Assembly: GCF_006345805.1 (NCBI RefSeq) | Contig: NC_042997.1 | Location: 112,530,001 to 112,594,000, forward strand | Origin: Octopus sinensis | Taxonomy: Eukaryota | DNA: 64,000 nt | Direction of reading: 5' to 3' | Shown here: piece after piece, positions 15,570-27,257 of the stretch | How positions within the stretch are numbered: position 1 is the first letter of the stretch | Layout of the letters: each line of letters opens with the position of its first letter | The notes under the pieces: model-generated | What the model was told of the DNA's origin: nothing | The model's input: the letters and a program-made list of their open reading frames with translations, nothing else | Database searches by the model: none | Position numbers and translations under genes: made by a program

Positions 15570-15960
15570 ACTTATATATGATGGCAGTGAAACATGGGCC
15601 TTGAATGCAGAGGAGCTGAGAAGACTGGAAAGAAAGGAAGCGAGCAAGCTCTGTTGGATGTGCAATGTGAGTGTGCATGAAAGGGTTAGTAGAAAGGCGC
15701 TGGGTGAAAAAAACGGCATAAAAGGTATCAGATGCTGTGTTTGAGAAAGAAGATTGCATTGGTATGGACATGGGTTACGTATGGAAGGAGGACAGCTGTA
15801 TGAAGAAACGACAATTGCCTAATGTGGTTGGAATTTACAGAAGACAGAAACCCAAGAAGACATGGGATGAAGTAGTTAAGGCCAACCTCAGGACCCTGAG
15901 CTTCCCTGAGGAGATGACAAAGGGTCAGGATCTCTGGCAAAATGAGGTTCTCACAAACAC
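15570..15960 (+). mobile_element. RTE LINE ORF C-terminal fragment
   Basis: GSETWALNAEELRRLERKEASKLCWMCNVSVH, RLHWYGHGLRM, KPKKTWDEVVKANL. Confidence 0.8.
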
Positions 15961-16988
15961 CTGCCCTCATCAGCGAGACTCCAGCTATGTTATCATGACT
16001 CTCCCAACCCCAATTGCATCTGGCCAACCTCTTCCTTACCCCTCAGCTCTTATAGACAACCCAATCACATCATCGTTCTCTCTGGTCCTTTTCCTCTGGC
16101 AACTGTATTATCTTTACTCTTTTTTTTTATTGCCCACAAGGGGCTAAACATAGAGGAGACAAACAAGGACAGACAAAGGGATTAAGTCGATTACATTGAC
16201 CCCAGTGCGTATCTGGTACTTAATTTATCGACCCCGAAAGGATGAAAGGCAAAGTCGACCTCGATGGAATTCGAACTCAGAATGTAGAGACAGACGAAAT
16301 ACCAATAAGCATTTCGCCCAGAGAGCTAACGTTTCTGCCAGCTCGCCACCTTCTTTAATACTCTTGCCACACCCCACCCCATTTTCTCCTCAGCTCAGGG
16401 ATTTTCGTTCATTCACCCTTCAAACCCTACACATTTTGCCATACTTCCCCTATGCCCTCATTCTCTTTCCCAACCAATCTTGCAAACCACTCACCCACTC
16501 GCTCCTACTCAACTTGTACCTTGTGGGCCCACTTGGGTACCTCATCACCATTATCTACCTTTAACAGCACCGACTGGTCATTTTCTTTCTTCTCCTTGCT
16601 GCTTCTGCCCACAGATCCCTCTACAAGAACTCACTCTGCACCCCCTTCCTTCTCATAGTAACACCTTCATCCCCTAGCATGAAGCTGGCCCTACTCAACA
16701 CCTCATCCACCATTTGTGACCTTGTGAGCTGCATCACAACCTCACTAGTGCTGCTGGCACAAGAAGAAAAAGAAAAGTACCCAGCACACACTGTAAAGTG
16801 GTTGGCGTTAGGAAGGGCCTCCAGCTAAAGAAAAACCATGACAAAGCAGACACTGGGACATGATGCAGTCCTCCATGCACCTATCAAAACCGGTCAAGCT
16901 CCTCAACCCATGATGGAATGGAACACGGATGTTAAATGATGATGATGATGACGACAATCATGATGATATATATGTACACTTATATTTA

Positions 16989-17057
<69 letters not shown>

Positions 17058-17093
17058 TGTGTGTGTGTGTGTGTATGTATATATATATATATA

Positions 17094-18380
17094 TCAGGTC
17101 ATCCCATAAGTTCTATCTGATTTTACCTTTTTTAAAAATTGAATGAAATTTAATAGTATTTTAGAATGTCTAATGGAATTTAAAATTATTTCTATGCATT
17201 TGTGTACATTTAAATCAATTAAATATTATTTTACAGAATAATAGAATTCAAATTTTTTTGATTAAAACCCTTTCTAACATGGAAGTATCCATAGAGCAAC
17301 TGAGGCACATAATGCTTTATGAGTACAAAAATGGAAACTCTGCAGCCGAAGCGACTCGAAACATACACTCAGTTTATGGGAAAGAATGCTTAAATGAAAG
17401 AACTTGCAGAATATGGTTTGCAAAATTCAGGAGTGGAGATTTCAGTCTTGAAGATGAAGATTGAACAGGACATCCAGTTGAGTTTGATGATAAGCTCCTT
17501 GAGGCATTATTTGAAGAAAATCCTGCATTATCAGTTGAATTAGCAATAAAGCTTAATTCAAACAATACAACTGTTCATCATCATCTTCAACAACTTGGAA
17601 AGGTTCCAAAACTTAGAAAATGGGTGCCTCATGAATTGTCCGAAAGCAACTGCAAATCCCAAGTTGACATCTGCTCTTCTCTCCATTCTCACAAACTAAT
17701 TTCACTCTTTTTGGTTAGTCTAGTGACTGGTGACGAAAAATGGATCTTCTATCGAAATGTTAAACATTGTAAACAGTGGCTTGGTAAAAATGAAAAAGCT
17801 CAACCACAACCGAGAAGGGAACTTCATGGGAAAAAGGCTTTTCTCTCTATCTTGTGGGATTGCAAAGGAGTAATTCACTTTGAATTGTTACCACCTAATG
17901 CAACAATCAATGCTCAAATCAACTGTCAGCAATTAGAGTGTTTGAATCAAGCTTTCAAGAAAAAAAGACCCGCTTTAGTGAATCGAAAAGGAGTGATGTT
18001 TCATCAGGACAACGTGCAACCCTACATTGCAAAGATCACATCACAGAAGATTGAAGAGCTTGGTTGGGAAAAAATTCCTCATCCACCTTATTCTTCTGAC
18101 CTTGCTCCTTCAGCCTACCATTTGATTTGTAGTTTACAGAATCATTTGGGGGACATAACTTTCACAAGCCACAAGGAGGTCGAAACTGACATTTCAGAGT
18201 TCTTCGCTTTGAAACCAAAAAAGTTTTACATTGATGAGATTAAAAAGCTTGTAAATAGATGGAGGGAAGTCATACATAATCAGGGAAAGTACATTGATGA
18301 TTAAATTTCAATTAAATATAACATTTTAATCACTTGTTTTCTTTATTCAAAATTCGGACAGAACTTATGGGATGACCTGA
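17094..18380 (+). mobile_element. Full-length (1287 bp) inactive mariner transposon
   Basis: About 27 bp TIRs (tcaggtcatcccataagttct / agaacttatgggatgacctga) with TA on both sides; transposase 17279-18304. Confidence 0.95.
17279..18304 (+). pseudogene. Mariner DD34D transposase pseudogene
   Basis: WVPHEL, VTGDEKW, HQDN and YSSDLAPSAYHL motifs; premature TGA at 17462; third catalytic Asp replaced by Ala. Confidence 0.92.
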
Positions 18381-18383
18381 TAG

Positions 18384-18416
<33 letters not shown>

Positions 18417-18421
<5 letters not shown>

Positions 18422-19977
18422 AATAAAAAATGGAGTTAACGCAGGTTTAAACAAGTATTTTTTCTTTCTACATATGTTTCAAAAATTCCACTGATACTTA
18501 TTCAAAAGAATAAAGGGTATAAACAATGCAATCTTCTCTTCGGAAAGTGAAAAAACAAAACTTGTCAATACGACATTTTAGCAAAAAATGATGGATTCGT
18601 ATAGCGATAGACAGAACGCTATTAATATTGTTTAAAAAAACGTTATATGATATAACGTCATAAGTAGCTAACAGACAGAGTAGGGATATTAATAGTGAAT
18701 GTTAAATATAAAGGAAATTAAAGTCTAAACTATATATAATGATAGAGACTACTTATATGCACTAAAAGTATGTTTTTGCCAATGCTTACATCTGTATGCT
18801 CGTTCTATAACCGTGTTTACTAGAGTATTTTTAGAAAAAATAATGAAAAATAGCTCAGAATTGCAGAGAAGACAGAATTTCCTGCCTTTGTCATATGGTA
18901 TCGAAATTGAGAGGATCAACCATTCCAAATGAAATTGTTCATTGTGGTCTTTTAAATTCCAAATCAGTTTGCTGAGACCGGTACTATTCCGTTTATTTCT
19001 ATCCCTAAATGTTGAGTAATGGATAGAAATTCTCTTAGATAACTCTAACGATGTGCTTCCAATGTAAAATCGTACTTTATTACGAGTACTGATTATACAC
19101 TGGTATATAGAATTTTTAATCTTAGAGTTACTTGACATAATTTAATTCTATTGGGATTGACTTCAGATACAATAACCTTGTTATTAATATTTCTAGAGGG
19201 TTGGATGGTAGTAGCTAAATTAATGTTAGTATTAGTAAATGTATTAATATTTAACAGTTTGTTATTATGAGAAGATATAATTTGCAAGAGATTTTTTGTG
19301 TTTGAAAAACCTATCGTAACCTTATGTGAATTAATTATAGAGTAATATCTAGAATTATTTGGAAAATTCCTAGCAATAGCTTGACGAAACAGCAGTGGGA
19401 GATTAGATTTAATTTGTCTCCCGTAAGGAATTATTAACCAAATATTTTTACTAGTATTCATAGCGTAATTACTTTTGAAGGTGTTATATTTACTTTTAGA
19501 TCGGTAATAGGGGAATAAATAAGGGTTATCTGCCTTCATTCGCTTTGTATCGGTGCGTAAGTTATGTTTGTTATCAATAATTCTTTTACGACTAGAAATC
19601 TTATCTACATTATTGAATTTACAATTAGACTGAGCAGAATCAATGTAGAAAATTTTTTCTGTATAACCTGCTTTGATTAAGGCAGAGTTATAGAATTCAG
19701 CGTTATTATTGAAAATATCAACATTAGCAGATAATTTAGATAATCTAAATGAAATATTCTTAACTAAATTCTTAGTAATTGCTCCAGGATGATTACTAAA
19801 TTTGCTAATGTACTTAAGATTGGTCAACGGTTTATGATATGGGAAGTAAGAGTCACTGTGTAAATTAAGCGTAATATCTAAAAAGTTGGCCTTCGTCAGA
19901 TCGTCATCAAAAACGATTTTTAAGCCCATTCTACTGAAAAAATTAACTAAACTGTTCTTAACTTTTTGTACCTTTTG
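18417..19977 (-). mobile_element. 5'-truncated Penelope-like element (Naiad-type), left inverted copy
   Basis: RT C-terminus (GLKIVF..ANFLDITLNL..YFPYHKP..YISKFSNHP) plus GIY-YIG endonuclease (SIYQC..FYIGST..R..H..STGLSKLIWNLK..CLLC..CKH); 1-bp frameshift near 19140. Confidence 0.92.
18464..18547 (-). ncRNA. Hammerhead-ribozyme-like motif in the PLE 3' region (left copy)
   Basis: ctttc-CGAAGA-long stem II-GAAA-catatg-UA-gaaag; the core is one nucleotide short. Confidence 0.6.
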
Positions 19978-21590
19978 ATTGTTTACTTTACCTCCAAAAT
20001 GTTTCTAACCAAAAGGTACAAAAAGTTAAGAACAGTTTAGTTAATTTTTTCAGTAGAATGGGCTTAAAAATCGTTTTTGATGACGATCTGACGAAGGCCA
20101 ACTTTTTAGATATTACGCTTAATTTACACAGTGACTCTTACTTCCCATATCATAAACCATTGACCAATCTTAAGTACATTAGCAAATTTAGTAATCATCC
20201 TGGAGCAATTACTAAAAATTTAGTTAAGAATATTTCATTTAGATTATCTAAATTATCTGCTAATGTTGATATTTTCAATAATAACGCTGAATTCTATAAC
20301 TCTGCCTTAATCAAAGCAGGTTATACAGAAAAAATTTTCTACATTGATTCTGCTCAGTCTAATTGTAAATTCAATAATGTAGATAAGATTTCTAGTCGTA
20401 AAAGAATTATTGATAACAAACATAACTTACGCACCGATACAAAGCGAATGAAGGCAGATAACCCTTATTTATTCCCCTATTACCGATCTAAAAGTAAATA
20501 TAACACCTTCAAAAGTAATTACGCTATGAATACTAGTAAAAATATTTGGTTAATAATTCCTTACGGGAGACAAATTAAATCTAATCTCCCACTGCTGTTT
20601 CGTCAAGCTATTGCTAGGAATTTTCCAAATAATTCTAGATATTACTCTATAATTAATTCACATAAGGTTAGGATAGGTTTATTGTATTTATTGTATCTGA
20701 AGTCAATCCCAATAGAATTAAATTTATGTCAAGTAACTCTAAGATTAAAAATTCTATATACCAGTGTATAATCAGTACTCGTAATAAAGTACGATTTTAC
20801 ATTGGAAGCACATCGTTAGAGTTATCTAAGAGAATTTCTATCCATTACTCAACATTTAGGGATAGAAATAAACGGAATAGTACCGGTCTCAGCAAACTGA
20901 TTTGGAATTTAAAAGACCACAATGAACAATTTCATTTGGAATGGTTGATCCTCTCAATTTCGATACCATATGACAAAGGCAGGAAATTCTGTCTTCTCTG
21001 CAATTCTGAGCTATTTTTCATTATTTTTTCTAAAAATACTCTAGTAAACACGGTTATAGAACGAGCATACAGATGTAAGCATTGGCAAAAACATACTTTT
21101 AGTGCATATAAGTAGTCTCTATCATTATATATAGTTTAGACTTTAATTTCCTTTATATTTAACATTCACTATTAATATCCCTACTCTGTCTGTTAGCTAC
21201 TTATGACGTTATATCATATAACGTTTTTTTAAACAATATTAATAGCGTTCTGTCTATCGCTATACGAATCCATCATTTTTTGCTAAAATGTCGTATTGAC
21301 AAGTTTTGTTTTTTCACTTTCCCAAAGAGAAGATTGCATTGTTTATACCCTTTATTCTTTTGAATAAGTATCAGTGGAATTTTTGAAACATATGTAGAAA
21401 GAAAAAATACTTGTTTAAACCTGCGTTAACTCCATTTTTTATTCCTATTATTCAAATATTCAACGTAAACACGAAGTTTCAACCTTTATAAACAAGGAGT
21501 TACAACATCTTTACTTGTGAGATTTTTGCTGCCCTGGTAACTATTCATTCATTTATCCGTGTTAATTGTTAACAAGGTAAAATACACTCA

Positions 21591-21592
<2 letters not shown>
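19977..21592 (+). mobile_element. 5'-truncated Penelope-like element (Naiad-type), right copy
   Basis: Same ORF; the frame extends upstream to D-CLLYLQNVSNQKVQKVKNSLVNFFSRMGLKI at 19977. About 122 bp net deletion near 20680; about 140 bp extra 3' sequence, then (TA)n. Confidence 0.92.
21317..21401 (+). ncRNA. Hammerhead-ribozyme-like motif in the PLE 3' region (right copy)
   Basis: ctttc-CCAAAGA-stem II (gaagatt/aattttt, cattg/cagtg, atac/gtat, ttattc/gaataa)-GAAA-catatg-UA-gaaag; G5 is mutated. Confidence 0.6.
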
Positions 21593-21657
<65 letters not shown>

Positions 21658-21659
<2 letters not shown>

Positions 21660-22036
21660 GGAGGCACAATGGCCCAGTGGTTAGGATAGCGGACTCGTAG
21701 TCATAGGATCGCAGTTTTGATTCCCAGACCAGGTGTTGTGAGTGTTTATTGAGTGAAAACACCTAAAACTCCACGAGGCTCCAGCAGGGGTTGGTGGCAA
21801 ACCCTGCTTTATCCTTTCACCACAACTTTCTCTCTTTCTTCCTGTTTCTCTTGTACCTGAATTTCAAAGGGCCAGCCTTGTCATGCTCTGTGTCACGCTG
21901 AATCTCCCTGAGAACTACATTAAGGGTACACAAATCTGTGGAGTTCTCAGCCACTTGCATGTTAATTTCACAAGCAGGCTGTTCCATTGATCGGATTGAC
22001 TGGAACCCTTGTCGTCATAAGCGACAGAGTGCCACA
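21658..22036 (+). mobile_element. tRNA-derived SINE, family B (also 37350-37655 and 42933-43285)
   Basis: Head tggcccagtggttagg..gactcg..tcgattccc with A/B-box-like motifs, followed by a body shared between copies. Confidence 0.8.
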
Positions 22037-22132
22037 AAATGTATATTTGCAAGGTGGATTCGAAAAATTATAACATATAGACATGTGGCGGGTTATTTAT
22101 CGCCCCATATCTATGTGTTCGATCCTTGGCAC

Positions 22133-22219
22133 CCTACTGAAGAAGCAGCACCAGACATAGATGGGAATTATTTTATTACAATCTATATTTAAGTCTGCAG
22201 AAACTATGCATAGTTTAGG
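22133..22219 (+). ncRNA. Type I hammerhead ribozyme with intact core
   Basis: ccta-CTGAAGA-(a)gcag..atagat..atctat..ctgc(a)-GAAA-ctatgcatag-TT-tagg; stem III is the 12-nt palindrome ACTATGCATAGT. Confidence 0.75.
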
Positions 22220-24069
22220 ACAATAAGGGAAAAGTTTTTATTTTTCATTCACTTTCAGAATTACAACAATTAGTGGCTTGGAGTTTAACTGCTCTTTCTA
22301 GTGAGTCAGATATCTTATATTTTGGGGGTATCTCTTATGTGTTTGAATGTACACTGTATTCTTATATATATATATTTACATCTTTTATCTTTTACTTGTT
22401 TCAGGCATTAGACAGTGGCCATGCTGGGGCAATGCTTTGAAGAATTTCAGTCAAATGAATTGACTCCAGTACTTATTGTTTTGAAGCCTGTTCTATCAGA
22501 CCCTTTTGCCCAAACACTAAGTTACAGGGACGTAAATGACAAGCAGTGGTGGAGGACAAACACAGACATACACACATATGACAAGCTTCTTTCAGTTTCC
22601 ATGGATGTAAAACAAACATAACAAAGACATTTTAATTCTCCCTACTTCTCTAGAAAATAATCCCTAATGATTAAGGGGTTAGGGATTATCTGAAAACAGA
22701 CTAGCATAATATCTGAACTAAAATATTAGTAATTGACCCACCATGGAAAGTGGATGTGGAATGATGATGATTATGATGGTGATAATGATGATGTTGATGA
22801 TGACAATGATCTCCTTTTCATCTTATTCCCCCAATTTTACCTGTTCCTAGTTTACATACCTTTTGAAACTTTTTGTTCTGTTTTTTCATTTCTTTTGCTG
22901 CTTTTTTTTTTGATACTTTAACCAAACATGCAACCATATTTCATTCAGATACTTCAGTCTTCATCAATCTACTCATCTTACCCTCCTGTAACTGGCACTC
23001 GTGCTGGTGGCACATAAAAAGCACCTTTTGAGCATTGGGCCTCACGGAGGCAAAGTGGGCAATGCCAGTGGCATGTGAAAAGCACCTTTCGAGTGTTGGG
23101 CCTCACAGAGGCAATGACGAATGACCGAGACCTTTGGCATTATGTTGTGCTTGTAGTTGCGGCAGATACTGGCGTCACACAAATGGAACCTATGCCGGTG
23201 GCACATAAAAGCACTCATTGCACTCTTGGAGTGGTTGGCATTACGAAGGGCATCCAGCCATAGAAACCATGCCAAATCAGACTGGAGTCTGGTGCAGCCT
23301 TCCAGCTTTCCAACCCATGCCAGCATGGACAATGGACATTAAATGATGAGGATGATGATGATCTCCGCTACCATTTTCCCCATTTCTCTGCTTTCTCCCA
23401 CCCCTCCCCCAAAATGAAAACTTTCTCTGTCTTCTTCTAACTTTCTCTGTTCATTGGTGCATTCCTCCTCAATTATTAAATTGCAACAATTAAAACTGGA
23501 CACTAACCACATATTTCTAACCCATTTATTCACGGAGCGCAGTCCGGCAGAAGTTATAATATCTGTAAACACTGTTTTCTTCTTCCTAATATGGAATAAA
23601 AAAAAATTCATTTCAATTTAAGAGATTTAACAGGAAACGTTTCCTTCATCTATTTTCAACACACACATACACACACACACACTTTATAATTTCCACAACT
23701 GGGTATGGTTCTCTCTCCAATGTTAGTGTCATGTAAAAACACACCAGTAAACTCTGGAAAGTGTCAGGTTGTGAAGACCCATCATATATATCGGCTACAT
23801 GGCTACTTTCATTTGTGCAGGTGCTAAGGGCAAAAAAGGTGAAGTACTTAGTACAGTCTGTAAAGTGGTTGGCATTAGGAAGGGCATCTGACAGTAGAAA
23901 CCATGCCATAAATGAAATGTAAAAACAAGATGTGGTCCTCTTAACCCCTCTAGGGGAGCCATACTCCTGACTATTTGCTGATTTCAACAGTGGCAATCTG
24001 TCCAACCCATATCAGGTCAGAGAGCAGATGGAAAACATCAACGATGATGATAATGAAATATCGGTGGTC

Positions 24070-24720
24070 AAGTTTTGGCACAAGGCCAGTAATTCCAGGA
24101 CTGGAGAGGTGGGGGTCAGTCGATTACAGCGACCCCACCCCAGTGCTCGACTGATAGTTATTTTATCGACTCCGAAAGGATGAAAGACAAAGTCAACCTC
24201 ATAGGAATTTGAAATGAGAACGTAGCGGCAGATGAAATACCTATTTCTTTACTACCCACAAAGGGCTAAACACAGAGAGGGCAAACAAGGACAGACAAAC
24301 GGATTAAGTTGATTATCTCGACCCCAGTTCATAACTGGTACTTATTTAATCGACCCCAAAAGGATGAAAGGCAAAGTCGACCTCAGTGGAATTTGAACTC
24401 AGAATGTAGCAGCAGACGAAATACCTATTTCTTTACTACCCACAAGGGGTTAAACATAGAGGGGACAAACAAGGACAGACATAGGGATTAAGTCGATTAC
24501 ATTGACCCCAGTGCGTAACTGATACTTAATTTATCGACCCCAAAAGGACGAAAGGCAAAGTTGACCTTGGCGGAATTTGAACTCACAACAGACAAAATAC
24601 CTCTAAGCATTTCGCCCGTCTTGCTAACGATTCTGCCAGTTCGCCGCCTTGTAAAGACAGATGAAATACCACTAAGCGTTTTGCCTGGAATGCTAATGGG
24701 TCTGCCAACCCACCACTTTA
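24070..24720 (-). mobile_element. Tandemly amplified SINE family C segments (other copies near 16130-16350, 35118-35345, 45980-46195, 46750-47150, 57380-57825)
   Basis: Shared core gagttcaaattccgccgaggtcgactttgcctttcatcctttcggggtcgataaattaagtaccag, repeated three times here at about 180 bp spacing. Confidence 0.75.
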
Positions 24721-24956
24721 AGGACGATGAAAGATCACAATAGCCAACCCAAGGAGAAATTAATGAGACCCTGAGAACTCATTGCTTCAGAAATTAAAAT
24801 GATGACAAAAATATTTTAGTTCAGATATTATGTTTTCAGATAATCCCTAACCCCTTAATCATTAGGGATTATTTTCTAGAGAAGTAGGGAGAATTAAAAT
24901 GTCTTTGTTATGTTTGTTTGTTTTACATCCATTTTCCATGCTTTCATGGGTTAGAT

Positions 24957-25563
24957 CAGTGCTTCTCAACCATTTTTTGTCAATGGACCCCTTTGATTCT
25001 TCTTTTACTTGTGTGGACCCTCAGAGTCATTCAATGTTTAAAAATATTTTCATATTTTTATAACAAAATATTATTAGCAATTACCAACCACATGGTTCCG
25101 GGTTCAGTCCCACTGCATGGCACCTTGGGAAAGTGTCTTCTACTATAGCCTCGGGCCGACCAAAGCCTTGTGAGTGGATTTGGCAGACGGAAACTGAAAG
25201 AAGCCCGTCATATATATGTATATATATGTGTATGTATATATGTTTGTGTGTCTGTGTTTGTCCCCCTAACATCGCTTGACAACCGATGCTGGTGTGTTTA
25301 TGTCCCTGTAACTTAGTGGTTCGGCAAAAGAGACCGATAGAATAAGTACTAGGCTTACAAAGAATAAGTCCTGGGGTCGATTTGCTCGACTAAAGGCGGT
25401 GCTCCAGCATGGCCGCAGTCAAATAACTGAAACAAGTAAAAGAGAGTAAAACAGATATTTTGTGTATTGTACAAGAATAAGAAATTTATTGCTCGTGAAT
25501 TTTAAGGACAAAGTCTTATGTGGACCCCACAGGGGTCACAGGGACAGTGGTTGAGAATCACTC
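24957..25563. mobile_element. hAT-type MITE with a nested SINE
   Basis: TIRs cagtgcttctcaacc / ggttgagaatcact; 8-bp TSD ggttagat/agttagat. Confidence 0.75.
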
Positions 25564-26057
25564 AGTTAGATGAATATGGTATTAATGGCATAGTTTCTAC
25601 AGCCAGATGTCCTCCCTTTTGCTAACCCTTATCTGTTCTTCAAGTAAAGAACCTTTTGTTCCACACAGCTGCAAAGGTGTGAAGCAAGCAAAATGATATG
25701 CTGACAAAAGAAGGGACAAAAACAACAAAGCCAACATGCCACAACTTTTGTAAAAGCAAACAAACTGCAAACAAAACACACACACACATGCATGCACACA
25801 GATATACAGTTGGCTTGATATGGCATAGAATGTTTTCATTTTTCTATTTCTTTTCCAAACCTAAGCAATTCATAAATTGAATAAGGGATCTGTGGGAGAT
25901 GCCTAGTTCATTGGAAGAACCTCTCTTCATTTCTGGGAACTTTGAGAGAAAAGAACATTCCACTCATATTAAGCCACTCTATACATACTTTTTCACACAC
26001 CTGTATATATGTATACACACATACACGCATATATATACGTGCGTGTATATATATATA

Positions 26058-27257
26058 TATACAACCATATCATAAATTTAATGAAAACCTTAGATATATA
26101 AATGTTAATAGTAATCACCTACCATCAATTAAAAAATCGTTGATTAATAATATAAGTAAATGTATATCATTACTTTCTTATGATTTAGAAATTTTTAATA
26201 AACATGCACCTACGAGAGGCAGGTTATAATAATAATAATATTAAATTTTTTAATAAAAATAAAGATAAAAATATTAATAATTATAATAATTATGTTAGTC
26301 ATATTAGTAGTAATTGTAGTAATTATAAAAATAAAATTAAAAAGGAGACAAATTTTAATATTAATTCAATAAATGTTAATTATAATTTTAATATCATAAA
26401 GAAATATAATAATCGTATTGGTAATTATAATAATAATAATAATAATAATAATATTAATAATGGTAGTAATAGTAATAATAATAATAATAGTAATAATTAT
26501 ATGATTAATTATAATAATGTTAATAATAATAATAAGAAGAAGAAAATTTGGTTAATTGTTCCTTATGGGGCTCAAGTTAAAATGAACATTATTAAAGAGA
26601 TTTTAGATATTATTGAACAATTCATTCATGATAATCGTAAATATAAAAAAAATTTTCTCTAGTAATAACTTTGGAGTAGGTTATTCTACCACTAATAGTG
26701 TAGGTAACATTATTTCTTCTTTTAACAAATTTAAGTTGAATAATTTTTATAAAAATAAATTTTATAATCATACCAATAATAATAAAGATAAGACACTCAT
26801 TAATTGTACATGTAGAGATAAAACTAAGTGCAAATTTAATAATAAATGTGATTTAAATGATGTTGTTTATAAATGTATAGTTACATTAATTAATGAGAAT
26901 AATAGGAATAATAATAACTTAAATGCCATTTATATAGGGTTTACTTCCTCTAAAATAAAATTAAGAATCGCACAGCATATGCATTCATTTAAAAATAAAA
27001 ACCTAATTAACTCTACAGGGCTTAGCAAATACATTTGGGGGCTTAAATCCCAAAGTATTAAGTATGATTTAAGGTGGGAAATAATAAGTAAGGCCAAATC
27101 ATATAGTATAGGAGGTAATTATTGTTATTTATGTTCTAAAAAGCTTAAAGAAATTTTGTTTACTGATCATAATAATTTAGTGAATTCTTTGGATGAGCAT
27201 AAAATTAAATGCAGACACAGGTTACTTTACTTATATAATAAATTTCTAGATAAATAA
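26058..27257 (+). mobile_element. Second Naiad-type Penelope-like element, 5'-truncated and frameshifted
   Basis: QPYHKFNENLRYINVNSNHLP (RT thumb), poly-Asn linker, CTCRDKTKC..C motif, VVYKC..IYIGFT..R..H..STGLSKYIWGLK..CYLC..CRH. Confidence 0.9.

Noticed and set aside
18749-21115. Two-gene inverted cassette (278/237 aa plus 129 aa ORFs) as a novel gene pair
   Set aside because: The ORF pairs are one PLE ORF split by copy-specific lesions.
21660-21735. tRNA gene
   Set aside because: The tRNA-like head continues into a SINE body shared with other copies; the same applies at 42935 and 47620.
22860-22960. Possible extra HYDIN exon (KKAAKEMKKQNKKFQK with a GTATG donor)
   Set aside because: No convincing acceptor in an open frame, and the flanking exons already join in phase.
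18749-27257. Selenocysteine-recoding Naiad (SeNaiad)
   Set aside because: I saw no in-frame TGA at Cys positions; the ORF breaks are frameshifts or deletions, and I recognised no SECIS.
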